Translations under genes and position numbers: made by a program
The notes under the pieces: generated by a model
What the model saw: only the letters and a program-made list of their open reading frames with translations
What the model was told of the DNA's origin: nothing
Databases searched by the model: none
Virus record (IMG/VR): IMGVR_UViG_3300036859_000424
From: a virus
Strand: one strand, 5' to 3'
DNA length: 64,000 bases
Shown here: in pieces, positions 25,923 through 34,150 of the stretch
Position numbering within the stretch: position 1 is the stretch's first letter
Layout: every line of letters starts with the position of its first letter

Positions 25923-26570
25923 ATGGCCAGTATTGACAGAACGTTTGCCCGCCTACGCCAACAGGCGCTGCGACGCCCGGTCACCCGGGCCAACACCCGG
26001 CCGGATCCGGTGGAGCTGGGGGGTGGCGTCACGGTGGCGCTGTCGGTCAACAAATGATCGGACGCAATGAAGGGCCGACCGGTCTGGTTGGCGAGCATCG
26101 GGCGCCGGAGCCCGTTGGTGCGGGGCAAGTCGCTCTCGACCCAGGTCTGGACGCCCCGGACCCTGGCCGAGGCGGAAGCGACGCTGCTGCGGGTTTTGGC
26201 TGGGGCCGGCGATACCCGCTACGAACGGCTGTTCAGGATGCAGATCACTTTGTGCCTGCACCGGGCGCTGACCGCCGACGAGATCAGCATCCTGCCCAGC
26301 TACTTTCATACCGATCCGGCCGTCGACCTGGCCGGGGGACCGGTGGAGATCCTGCGCGAGACCGAACCGGGCTGGGAGACCACGAAGCCCTGCCACCAGC
26401 CGGTCCGGCACAGCCTGGACCCCAGAGACCCTTTGCTGTGGTTCCCGCTGGACTGCGGCGACTGTCCGCCCTGCCTGGCCCGGCAGGCGCTGGACGACCA
26501 GCACGACCGGAAGGTCGGGGCGGCGAAGCTGTACCTGGCCGACCAGTTCCGCGAGGTTGGCGTCTCCTGA
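25923..26570 (+). pseudogene. phage protein with an in-frame TGA at 26055-26057 (or two genes, 25923-26057 and 26067-26570)
   Basis: Both ORFs are in the same frame: ...VALSVNK*SDAMKGRPVWLAS... Confidence 0.5.
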
Positions 26571-26722
26571 TGCGCCGGCCCGACGAGATCCGCCTGTACT
26601 GGGAGTGGCGCGACGGGTGGTTCGGCTACTTCTTCGATCCCCAGCCCGAACGGACGCGGCTGTACGTCTGCGTTATCCCGTACCTGCCGATCCGCTTCAC
26701 CTGGGAGAAAGGGGGCACATGA
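26570..26722 (+). CDS. small aromatic-rich protein
   Basis: TGATG and ATGA coupling. Confidence 0.6.
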   Translation: MRRPDEIRLYWEWRDGWFGYFFDPQPERTRLYVCVIPYLPIRFTWEKGGT

Positions 26723-26997
26723 CGACCCAGGACGCCGTCCGGGTAGGGGACATCGTCCAGCACGACGGCCACAGTTGGGACGTCGTCGGCGAAGACCTGA
26801 TGCTGCCCCGCGAGCGGGACGGCTACCAGCCGGTTCGCCTGCATCTCCAGCGGGTCAAGCGGGAAGAAGGGAAGCGCAAGCAGGTGACGAAAGCCCAGAT
26901 CGACAGTCGCCAGGTCAGCCTGATCGGCCGCCAGGTCGCGATGCCGGGCCTCCCGTTGACGGTAGCTGAAGGGCCACACGATGACCACCGAAGCTAG
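26719..26997 (+). CDS. hypothetical protein
   Basis: ATGA-coupled start. Confidence 0.7.
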   Translation: MTTQDAVRVGDIVQHDGHSWDVVGEDLMLPRERDGYQPVRLHLQRVKREEGKRKQVTKAQIDSRQVSLIGRQVAMPGLPLTVAEGPHDDHRS

Positions 26998-27220
26998 CCG
27001 GGTCACCTGGGTCCTGGTCCGGAAGCCGGCCTGGGGCAAGACGGCCTGGGACGCCGGCGCTTCCTGCCCCCACGGGACCGCCAGCTACATCGTGTTCGGG
27101 ACACCCGACGTCGTCAAGCAAAACGCCCGCGACCTGTCGCTGCCGCACACGCTGCGCCACGGCTGCGACTGCACGATCGGCAGCGTCACCCTGAACGGAG
27201 AGGAGGAGAAACTGGGATAG
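26981..27220 (+). CDS. small Cys/His protein
   Basis: SCPHG...HGCDC. Confidence 0.65.
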   Translation: MTTEASRVTWVLVRKPAWGKTAWDAGASCPHGTASYIVFGTPDVVKQNARDLSLPHTLRHGCDCTIGSVTLNGEEEKLG

Positions 27221-27221
27221 C

Positions 27222-27599
27222 ATGGCCGCGACGAACTGGGCGACCCCCGACGATCTCGCGAAGCTGAAGGGGACCGCTCAGCCCCGGCGTCGGCGGCAGC
27301 AGCCCGAACGCCACCTGACCGACCGGATCAAACGGTACGCCCGCCGGGGCGGCTGGCTGCCGTTCCACCCGTACCGGTCCGAGAAGTCCGACCCCGGCTT
27401 TCTGGACCTGACCCTGATCCGGGTCCCACGCCTGGTGGTCGCTGAACTGAAGGTCGGCGACAACACGCTGACCGACTGGCAGAACGTCTGGAGGGTGAAT
27501 TGGGAGATCCTGTCGATGCTCGCCGGCCCGCACCTCTCGATCGAAGTGTACGAATGGCGCCCGGAGGATTGGCCGGAGATCGAGAGAATCCTCAAGTAG
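27222..27599 (+). CDS. VRR-NUC (PD-(D/E)XK) nuclease / resolvase-like protein
   Basis: ERHL...GFLDLTLIR...VVAELKV...LTDWQ. Confidence 0.85.
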   Translation: MAATNWATPDDLAKLKGTAQPRRRRQQPERHLTDRIKRYARRGGWLPFHPYRSEKSDPGFLDLTLIRVPRLVVAELKVGDNTLTDWQNVWRVNWEILSMLAGPHLSIEVYEWRPEDWPEIERILK

Positions 27600-27616
27600 T
27601 CGCTGCCGAGAAGGTG

Positions 27617-27826
27617 ATGCGGCTCATGAAGATCGCCCGGCGTTGGCTGATGGTCACCCGGTACGCGGCGGCCGTGGCCATGCTGCTGGGCGCCTTCGGG
27701 TCGTTCGCCAACGCCGCGTGGGCGCCGTACCTGATCGGGGTCGCCGCCCTGGCAATCCTGGTCGTGCTGCTGCTCGACCGCACGCTGGACCGGACCGCCA
27801 GCCAGGCTCGCTGGGGGCGCCCATGA
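27617..27826 (+). CDS. two-helix membrane protein
   Basis: Two hydrophobic segments. Confidence 0.7.
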   Translation: MRLMKIARRWLMVTRYAAAVAMLLGAFGSFANAAWAPYLIGVAALAILVVLLLDRTLDRTASQARWGRP

Positions 27827-28404
27827 TGCTGTCGAACCGGACGCTGCTCTCGCGGCTGCACGACGCCGACATCTGGGAGCCGTGGCAGCGGATCGAAGTC
27901 GACCCGGTCGACCCGGCCGCGATCCAGCCGCACAGTATCGACGTCCACCTGGGCGACACGATCCTGCTCTACACCGGCGCCGTCACCGACACCCAACGTG
28001 ACAACAGCCCCTGGTGGAAAAAGCTCGAGCCCGAAGCCCACCCCGACGGTCCCGATGGGCCACGGCTGTGGGTGCTCCAGCCCGATCGGCTGTACCTGTC
28101 GGTGCTGAAGGAACGGATCGTCGTCCCGGAGGACTGCTGCGCCCAGTTGGGTGGGGTCTCGTCGCGTGCCCGAGACGGGGTGATGATCCACCAGCAGGCC
28201 GGCCTGCTGGACGCCGGCTGGGAAGGACGGGCGACCCTGGAGATCAGCGTGAAGAATCCGCATACCGTGATCTACACCGGCCAGCGGATCGGCCAGGTGA
28301 CGTTCACCCTGCTGGACGCTCGCGCCGACCCGCCGTACCGGGGCCGCTACCAGCACGACAGTGAGCCCCAGCCAGCCCGGATGCTGCTGGGGGTGGCCGC
28401 CTGA
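27823..28404 (+). CDS. dcd: dCTP deaminase
   Basis: IQPHSIDVHLG...GVSSRARDG...AGLLDAGWEGRATLEI...GQRIGQVTF...YRGRYQ. Confidence 0.9.
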   Translation: MMLSNRTLLSRLHDADIWEPWQRIEVDPVDPAAIQPHSIDVHLGDTILLYTGAVTDTQRDNSPWWKKLEPEAHPDGPDGPRLWVLQPDRLYLSVLKERIVVPEDCCAQLGGVSSRARDGVMIHQQAGLLDAGWEGRATLEISVKNPHTVIYTGQRIGQVTFTLLDARADPPYRGRYQHDSEPQPARMLLGVAA

Positions 28405-28487
28405 TGGACGTCTGCCTCGCGATCATCTCACTGGCCGCCCTGCTGGCCGCCCTGGCCTGGCTGGTGACATCCACCGTAGCCCAATGA
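28404..28487 (+). CDS. 27-aa single-helix membrane peptide
   Basis: TGATG and ATGA coupled; MDVCLAIISLAALLAALAWLVTSTVAQ. Confidence 0.55.
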   Translation: MDVCLAIISLAALLAALAWLVTSTVAQ

Positions 28488-28876
28488 CCGACCAGCACGC
28501 CTCCGAGATCAACGGGCGGTCGACGGAATACCAGCAGTTCCTGGAGACCTGGGCGCGCCACTGCGGGGCGCCGTTCAGCGTGTTCCAGGGCCACCTGAAC
28601 TGCCTGATCTACGCCGAATTGCAGATGGCGGCCCAGGACGTCATCGACCACGTCCAGGATCTCCAGAAGCGGACCCACCCGAACCGCAAGGCGCTGGACC
28701 GGCTGCTGACCGACCTGCTGAACCATCTCGAAGGACACGACTGTTTTGAAGAAGGGTGCCTGGCGCTGATGGGCGTCGATGACCTGATCTGTGCCGGCAA
28801 GGCCAGCCTGGCCGGCCGGATCCGGCAGGCCCGCCGGGTCCTGGAATTTGACGCCGTTCCACCTGCATCGACCTGA
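28484..28876 (+). CDS. hypothetical protein
   Basis: Stop lies inside CCTGAGAGGAG. Confidence 0.7.
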   Translation: MTDQHASEINGRSTEYQQFLETWARHCGAPFSVFQGHLNCLIYAELQMAAQDVIDHVQDLQKRTHPNRKALDRLLTDLLNHLEGHDCFEEGCLALMGVDDLICAGKASLAGRIRQARRVLEFDAVPPAST

Positions 28877-28887
28877 GAGGAGAGCCG

Positions 28888-29295
28888 ATGGTGGCCCGCG
28901 TGCCGCTGCGCCCGGTCCAGACCGATGGTGTCGCCTTCGGGCCGATGCTGCGGCGGCTGCGGACCAGGTCCGGGCTGTCCCAGAACCAACTGGCGAGGCG
29001 GTCAGGGGTCGATCCGGCCTACGTCAATCGCCTGGAACGGGCGGTGGCCGCGACCGGGCAGGCGTCGGTCTCGCTGCCCAGCCGGAAGGTCGTGACGGCG
29101 CTGTGGGAAGCACTGGAGGCGGCTGTGGAAGATCGTGAACGGCTGCTGGTGGCGGCCGGCCACTGCCCGGAGACGATCCTGCTGGCCGGCGGCTGGGACG
29201 CCTACATCGGATCGGTCAGGCGCCAGGTCGTGGCCGCCCTGGACGCCCTGGACGTCGCGCTGACGGTCCCGCCCGACACCACCTGGGAGAGATGA
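28888..29295 (+). CDS. XRE-family HTH regulator
   Basis: FGPMLRRLRTRSGLSQNQLARRSGVDPAYVNRLERA. Confidence 0.9.
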   Translation: MVARVPLRPVQTDGVAFGPMLRRLRTRSGLSQNQLARRSGVDPAYVNRLERAVAATGQASVSLPSRKVVTALWEALEAAVEDRERLLVAAGHCPETILLAGGWDAYIGSVRRQVVAALDALDVALTVPPDTTWER

Positions 29296-29296
29296 C

Positions 29297-29686
29297 GTGA
29301 CCCCAGCAGAACGACTGCGACATGAGCTGACGCGCCAGCAGGCGGCGAACGACGACCTGGCGGCCCGCCTCGCGATCATGACCGACAACAACCGGCGACT
29401 GGGGACCCTGATCGCCAAGCTGGTGTTGTCGGACGGGGCCGAAGATCGGGCGCTGCGGCTGTCCGGGCCGCATGACCTGCCGATCTTCCACCTGACCACG
29501 GAGCATTTCTGCGGCCCGACCCGGGACGACCCCTGCGACGACGTCGTCCAGTACCACCGGGGGAACGCCGACGACTGCGCGCCCTGCCGCGAGGCGATCG
29601 AGAGCCGCCAGCAGCAGGCGGTCCAGCGCCACAACCACCTGCTGCCCGGCCGGCCGTACGGGATGGCTGCGGAGGATCGGAACTGA
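29297..29686 (+). CDS. coiled-coil protein with C-terminal Cys/His motif
   Basis: YHRG...DCAPCREA. Confidence 0.7.
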   Translation: MTPAERLRHELTRQQAANDDLAARLAIMTDNNRRLGTLIAKLVLSDGAEDRALRLSGPHDLPIFHLTTEHFCGPTRDDPCDDVVQYHRGNADDCAPCREAIESRQQQAVQRHNHLLPGRPYGMAAEDRN

Positions 29687-29961
29687 TGCTGAACACCGGG
29701 ACCCATCGCGTCACGATCAAGCGGGCCAACGGTGGCAGAGACACCAACGGGCTGCACCTGTGCGACAACTGCGTCACGATCGTCCTCCGGGCGTTCCCGT
29801 CGCCCGACCATCTGGTCGTGATCTCGCCGACGCCCTGGGGCGGGCCGTGCGACCTGGACCGCTACACCCAGGCCCTGTCGGCGCTGCTGGGGGTCGACCC
29901 GACACTTTTGAACGTCGACCAGGAACCGGCGATCCCCCAGGACCCGGGCATCATCCCCTGA
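29686..29961 (+). CDS. hypothetical protein
   Basis: TGATG coupling on both sides; HLCDNC. Confidence 0.7.
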   Translation: MLNTGTHRVTIKRANGGRDTNGLHLCDNCVTIVLRAFPSPDHLVVISPTPWGGPCDLDRYTQALSALLGVDPTLLNVDQEPAIPQDPGIIP

Positions 29962-30146
29962 TGACCGCCGAGATCGACGCGCTGATCGTCAGCCTGAACG
30001 TGATCACGCTGCACCCGGGCGACCGGTACGAGGTTGTGCTGCGCCTGCGGGCGGACGCCCCGGAGGCGATCCAGGCGCTGCTGGCGGCGTACCGATCGGG
30101 GCTACCGGTCCACCTGGTGGCCGTGACTGTGGAGGAAGAGACCTGA
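29961..30146 (+). CDS. small hypothetical protein
   Basis: TGATG coupling on both sides. Confidence 0.7.
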   Translation: MTAEIDALIVSLNVITLHPGDRYEVVLRLRADAPEAIQALLAAYRSGLPVHLVAVTVEEET

Positions 30147-30484
30147 TGGCAAAGAAGTCTCGACAGAAGGTGGTCGCGGAGACCGACGGGGCCACCGGGC
30201 CACCCAGGATGATCGTGGCCAGGGGTCTGGTCATGTTCCAGATCATGCTGGGCGACGAGACGATGGGGGCGGCGATCGAAGTCCACACCAACCCGGCCGG
30301 CAAGTTCAAGGGTCGGGAGAAAGAGCTGACGGTGGCGCTGCACCCGGAGATGGTCGCGGTCCTGGAGAAGCTGAAGACCCTGACCGGCTGCACCTACGAC
30401 GTCGCATCACTGACCCAGACCCTGATCGATCGGCCGGCCAGGCCGCCGATCGTCGCCAGCCCGGGTCGGCCCGGCCATGCCTGA
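30146..30484 (+). CDS. hypothetical protein
   Basis: Coupled ORF. Confidence 0.7.
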   Translation: MAKKSRQKVVAETDGATGPPRMIVARGLVMFQIMLGDETMGAAIEVHTNPAGKFKGREKELTVALHPEMVAVLEKLKTLTGCTYDVASLTQTLIDRPARPPIVASPGRPGHA

Positions 30485-30803
30485 CCACGTCGCCCGCTGC
30501 ACGACGTGCTACCCGGAGATCGCCCCCAGTGGCGGACGGACCGGACCCCACCACGTCGGCATCCGATTCAACCCCCTGACCGAAGGGATCAGATGGCAGT
30601 TCCTGTTGGACGGGAACGAAGTCAAGCACGTACTGGAAGCAGTCGCCGGTCCGAAGGGCTGGATCTACCACCACCAGGACCGGCCGGGCGGGGGCGGCAT
30701 GCACCCCTGCGAGAACTGCGGCAAGGCTGTTTGCGCCAGGCTGCTGTTCGGCCGGGTCCAGATCTTCCGCGACGACGTCGAGATCATAGCCCCGCACGCC
30801 TGA
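30477..30803 (+). CDS. Cys-containing hypothetical protein
   Basis: RCTTC, HPCENC; stop inside CCTGAGAGGGA. Confidence 0.7.
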   Translation: MPDHVARCTTCYPEIAPSGGRTGPHHVGIRFNPLTEGIRWQFLLDGNEVKHVLEAVAGPKGWIYHHQDRPGGGGMHPCENCGKAVCARLLFGRVQIFRDDVEIIAPHA

Positions 30804-30815
30804 GAGGGAAGGACG

Positions 30816-31616
30816 ATGCACGCCGTCCCCCGAACCAAGACCTACAGCTACCCCTGCCTGGCACCAGGCTGCGAGACGATCGTCACATTGGCCTGGGACG
30901 ATCGTCATCTCTGTAAGGCGTGCTACCAGCGGGTCAAGGACGCAATGGCGGGCGCCAGAGACAGTCTGATGGCGCTAATGCCAGCGGCTCATGATGAAGT
31001 CGCGCGCTGGCTGAACACGCCCTGGGTGCCGCCGTCGCGCTACGCCATCATTGATGAAGAGTTCTCCGTCCTGGACCCGAAGGACGTTGCCCGCGAGATG
31101 GCCGACGATCTGGCCGATGAACACCGGGCGACCGGCCTGGCGTTCAAGCTGGATCGCCCGCCGATGTTCAAGGGCGAGTCGGAGCGCGCGCCGTGGCGGT
31201 TCGCTGACGGACCGGCTCTGTCGGCCTGGCGCGACCACCTGGCGTCGCACCTGGCTCCGGCGCTGCGGACGGCCCTGGAGACGTTCGACGGCGGCCACGT
31301 CGGGGATGAGATCAAAGCGGCACTGCTGGGCGGCCAGGGGTACACCCGCCATGACACCTACGAAGCGCTGGACGACACCGACGCACTGTCGGGGCTCTCG
31401 CCCGACGCGCTGATGTACATCGACATCCGGTTCGCGCCAACCAGCATCTACCTGGACCACGACAACGGCGAGCGGGTCAAGCCGCACTGGTGGCAGTACC
31501 CGGTGCTGCCGGCGGAGATCATGGCGATCCTGGATGCCGTCCAAGCGCACGTTACGGGGCGAGAACGCGCCGAAGAAGCCAGGGCGGCGCAGCAGCGCGA
31601 AACCGACGACACGTGA
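30816..31616 (+). CDS. hypothetical protein with N-terminal zinc finger
   Basis: YPCLAPGC...HLCKAC. Confidence 0.8.
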   Translation: MHAVPRTKTYSYPCLAPGCETIVTLAWDDRHLCKACYQRVKDAMAGARDSLMALMPAAHDEVARWLNTPWVPPSRYAIIDEEFSVLDPKDVAREMADDLADEHRATGLAFKLDRPPMFKGESERAPWRFADGPALSAWRDHLASHLAPALRTALETFDGGHVGDEIKAALLGGQGYTRHDTYEALDDTDALSGLSPDALMYIDIRFAPTSIYLDHDNGERVKPHWWQYPVLPAEIMAILDAVQAHVTGRERAEEARAAQQRETDDT

Positions 31617-31629
31617 CCAGGTATAGATG

Positions 31630-31681
31630 CTGGTCGTGCTAATACTGATTAGCACGACCAGTCGAACTAAGACGCTTAGTT
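31630..31681. promoter_or_regulatory. AT-rich double palindrome upstream of an RHH gene
   Basis: CTGGTCGTGCTAAT-ACTG-ATTAGCACGACCAG (14 bp perfect), then AACTAAG-ACG-CTTAGTT. Confidence 0.75.
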
Positions 31682-31699
31682 GGTAAGAAGATCCCGACC

Positions 31700-31888
31700 G
31701 TGCCAGCAGGGCACCTGGAAGGAAAGACCGTGGAGATCACTGTCACCCTGCCTGACGAGATCATTGAACGCCTGAACGCCGTGACGGCGATCAACGACAT
31801 CAGCGTCGATGCTGCCGTCACCGACGCGCTGCTGCCCTGGTTAGAGGACCAGGAGGAGCGCCGGGTTGGCCCGGTCAACCTGGGCTAA
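31700..31888 (+). CDS. ribbon-helix-helix (CopG-like) protein
   Basis: VEITVTLPDEIIERLNAVTAINDISVDAAVTDALLPWL. Confidence 0.7.
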   Translation: MPAGHLEGKTVEITVTLPDEIIERLNAVTAINDISVDAAVTDALLPWLEDQEERRVGPVNLG

Positions 31889-31900
31889 GGGGAGAGACCG

Positions 31901-32143
31901 ATGCCAGTCCTACACATTCACGTCGAGGGCGAGGGCGTCTGGCCCGACCTGGCGGACAAGCCGCCGGAGTCCGCCGTCAAGCTGTCGATCGCCGCGCTGC
32001 CAGCCGGCATGCTGTCCGGTGCGCCCAGCGTCATGATCCGGATGGATCTCGGTGATGGGCGGGTCGTCGTGGGCGAGACCAGCTTGAAGCTGTTGTTGAC
32101 GGCCGCCGACGCCTTCCGCGCCCGCCACGGTGACCCCCGATGA
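31901..32143 (+). CDS. hypothetical protein
   Basis: RBS GGGAG; ATGA coupling. Confidence 0.75.
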   Translation: MPVLHIHVEGEGVWPDLADKPPESAVKLSIAALPAGMLSGAPSVMIRMDLGDGRVVVGETSLKLLLTAADAFRARHGDPR

Positions 32144-32484
32144 CGAACGCGATCCCGGTCCCCGACCCCGACCGCCTGGACCCTTCCGACGAAGCCGAAC
32201 TGCGCGGCTACCTGGAAGCCGGTGAACACGACCCGTCCGGGCTTAGCTGCGACTTCCGGCTGGCTGCCGCCCTGGCCGAGATCGACGCCCTGCGCGCCGA
32301 CGTGCGACGTGCCGATGAGCGGGCCGAGGCGGCCGACGCGATGGCGATGGAGACGATCACGTTCGCGTCGACCGCCGTCGACCGCCTGCACACCCGGTTC
32401 CTGCGACTACTAGACCGAACGCTCGCCGAACGCGACGACGCCCGCCGTTGGGCGATGCGGCTGTTTGAACGGGCGGTCCCGTGA
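32140..32484 (+). CDS. coiled-coil hypothetical protein
   Basis: RLAAALAEIDALRA... Confidence 0.75.
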   Translation: MTNAIPVPDPDRLDPSDEAELRGYLEAGEHDPSGLSCDFRLAAALAEIDALRADVRRADERAEAADAMAMETITFASTAVDRLHTRFLRLLDRTLAERDDARRWAMRLFERAVP

Positions 32485-32738
32485 TCGTCCACCTGCGTTC
32501 AGAGATGCACGGGGTCCCGATCCCGCCGGGCCTGCCGCCCCAGGTCAGCATCATCGGCAACACCCCGGCGGAATTCGAGAGCTTCATGGCGATGGCGCTG
32601 GCCTACCTGCGCAGCAAGTACCGGAGCCTGACGTTCATCCGGGTCGAGACCGGCCTGCGCATCCAAAGCCAGATCCAGCCAGACCAGTACTGCCTGATCC
32701 ACATCACCTGGACCACTGACGACCCCCAGACGGGCTAG
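32481..32738 (+). CDS. hypothetical protein, last gene of the rightward arm
   Basis: GTGA coupling; stop overlaps the stop of the convergent gene. Confidence 0.7.
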   Translation: MIVHLRSEMHGVPIPPGLPPQVSIIGNTPAEFESFMAMALAYLRSKYRSLTFIRVETGLRIQSQIQPDQYCLIHITWTTDDPQTG

Positions 32739-33463
32739 CCGGTCGACCCCCGATGTCCGGACAGTACTGCCAGAAGTCGTCGCCAGAACGACGGACGTTG
32801 CAATTCTATTTCAAGCGCAGACACCCGATTCTCGGCGCGTCCACGCGCCTCCCGTTCGACTGCCAGTAGCTGGCGTAGCTCCTCCGTAAGCTGCTCCTGC
32901 GACGCTAGCGCCACCCGAAGTGACCCCACTTCCGCGTCCTTCACGCCCAGCAGCCGTTCACCCATCTCGACCTGGACGCGCAGCCCGCCGACCTGCTCGC
33001 GCAGCGCCCCGATCAGCTCCATCCGGGCGCTGGCCTGGCGGTCGACGTCGGCCAGCCGCCCCACCAGCGGCGCGATCAGGGCGTCGCGAATCTCCGGAAT
33101 CGTCAGCCGGGGCTCGCTGGACGGGCCTTCGTCCACTGCGACGTGCCGGACCGGCTCCGGTGCGTCCTGGACGGCCTCCGGGACGGCCTCCGGGACGTCC
33201 CCCGTGGGGGTATCGGCGCCCGGGGACGTCCCGGGCTGGGCGGTCGGCCTCGTCAGAAGGGGGTCGTCGGCCGGCAGGTAGAACACGTAGACCTCGCCCT
33301 GCGGCCGCTGTTCCGTGTCCCAGGTCCAGCCCGGCGGCAGGACCCACTGACCGGTCGCGTCGTTGAATCTTCGCTTGACAGTCGACCGCGATATCCCCAA
33401 CAGCCGGGCGAGCTCGGGGGTCGAAAGCTTGACAAGTGGTCTCGGATCATCCATGACCACCAT
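32735..33463 (-). CDS. HTH plus coiled-coil protein with C-terminal amphipathic helix
   Basis: LSTPELARLLGISRSTVKRR; long heptads; ends RPSFWRRLLAVL. Confidence 0.8.
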   Translation of the reverse strand: MVVMDDPRPLVKLSTPELARLLGISRSTVKRRFNDATGQWVLPPGWTWDTEQRPQGEVYVFYLPADDPLLTRPTAQPGTSPGADTPTGDVPEAVPEAVQDAPEPVRHVAVDEGPSSEPRLTIPEIRDALIAPLVGRLADVDRQASARMELIGALREQVGGLRVQVEMGERLLGVKDAEVGSLRVALASQEQLTEELRQLLAVEREARGRAENRVSALEIELQRPSFWRRLLAVLSGHRGSTG

Positions 33464-33467
33464 TTTA

Positions 33468-33526
33468 TGTGAGCTACCTCACAACGGGACGACCCGTGAC
33501 GTCACAAACGGGTCGTGGGACGTCCC
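33468..33526. promoter_or_regulatory. operator cluster: TGTGA-N6-TCACA, ACGACCCGT inverted repeat around GTGACGTCAC, and GGGACGTCCC
   Basis: Elements at 33468-33483, 33489-33516 and 33517-33526, directly upstream of ATG 33463. Confidence 0.75.
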
Positions 33527-33579
33527 CGACCACCCGATCCCCGGCGTAACGGGCGCCCATCACCCGGCGTGGGAGGATT

Positions 33580-34150
33580 GACGGGGTCCGATGCGACGTT
33601 ACGTCGAGAACCAGGCTGTCCGGTCGCGGGGGAGATCCTGACGCTGGCCAGGCGTCAAGGCGACGCACCGAACGCGGTACCCACTTGTGAAGGGGATCAC
33701 AGAGAAGGTGCGCCTAGGATACCCAGGATCGCAACCCAAAATCCACCCGGTACCACCGATCGGCGCTGTCGTCGGCCCGTAGGATGCGATAGCATCCACC
33801 GGCATTGGCTGGTGGCCGACCGGGGGGGGTCCGGATCGGCCACCAGTCACGCCACCCCCAGGTCCGGGGTCGTTCGCGGTCCCGGGCCTGGCCACCTCGC
33901 GGCGGTGCAGTGCGCGAGGTTCCGCACGTGGGGTAGCCCGGCCGGCCCACCCCTTTTGGCTCCGAGATGCAGTCACGAGCCGAGACACCAGGGGGCTGGA
34001 GAGGAATATAGCACCGGCACCCTGACGAAAAGCCCCGCCGAACCGCTACGACGCGGTTACTGACATTTCGGTCAGTATGCCGGCGCTCCCCCCGAGTCGA
34101 TAGGCTACACCAACCCCCCCAGATAGGACCCCACGGAAAACCGTAGGCCC
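33580..34150 (+). ncRNA. candidate long structured non-coding RNA (boundaries approximate)
   Basis: At least 9 adjacent stems with G-U pairs on the plus strand and a UUCG loop; no credible ORF. Confidence 0.35.

Larger units (their letters stand above)
1228..30809 (+). promoter_or_regulatory. start-associated motif CCTGAGAGGAG (12 dispersed copies)
   Basis: Exact at 1228, 2221, 2602, 7685, 8212, 9137, 10609, 11121, 28872; variants at 3208, 4067, 30799. Confidence 0.85.
1107..33701. promoter_or_regulatory. dispersed TGTGA-N6-TCACA boxes
   Basis: Perfect at 9774, 20400, 33468, 33686; near-perfect at 16201, 16110, 1107. Confidence 0.85.

Noticed and set aside
7393-26057. Genome-wide TGA reassignment or selenocysteine
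   Set aside because: TGA is the normal stop for most genes here (many TGATG and ATGA couplings). Only two isolated cases exist, and I saw no convincing SECIS hairpin.
1228-30809. CCTGAGAGGAG copies as a CRISPR or TIGR-like array, or as group II intron domain V
   Set aside because: Spacing is irregular (hundreds to thousands of bp) with whole genes in between, and there is no Cas, Nop-domain or RT gene. The intron D5 stem and catalytic triad context are absent.
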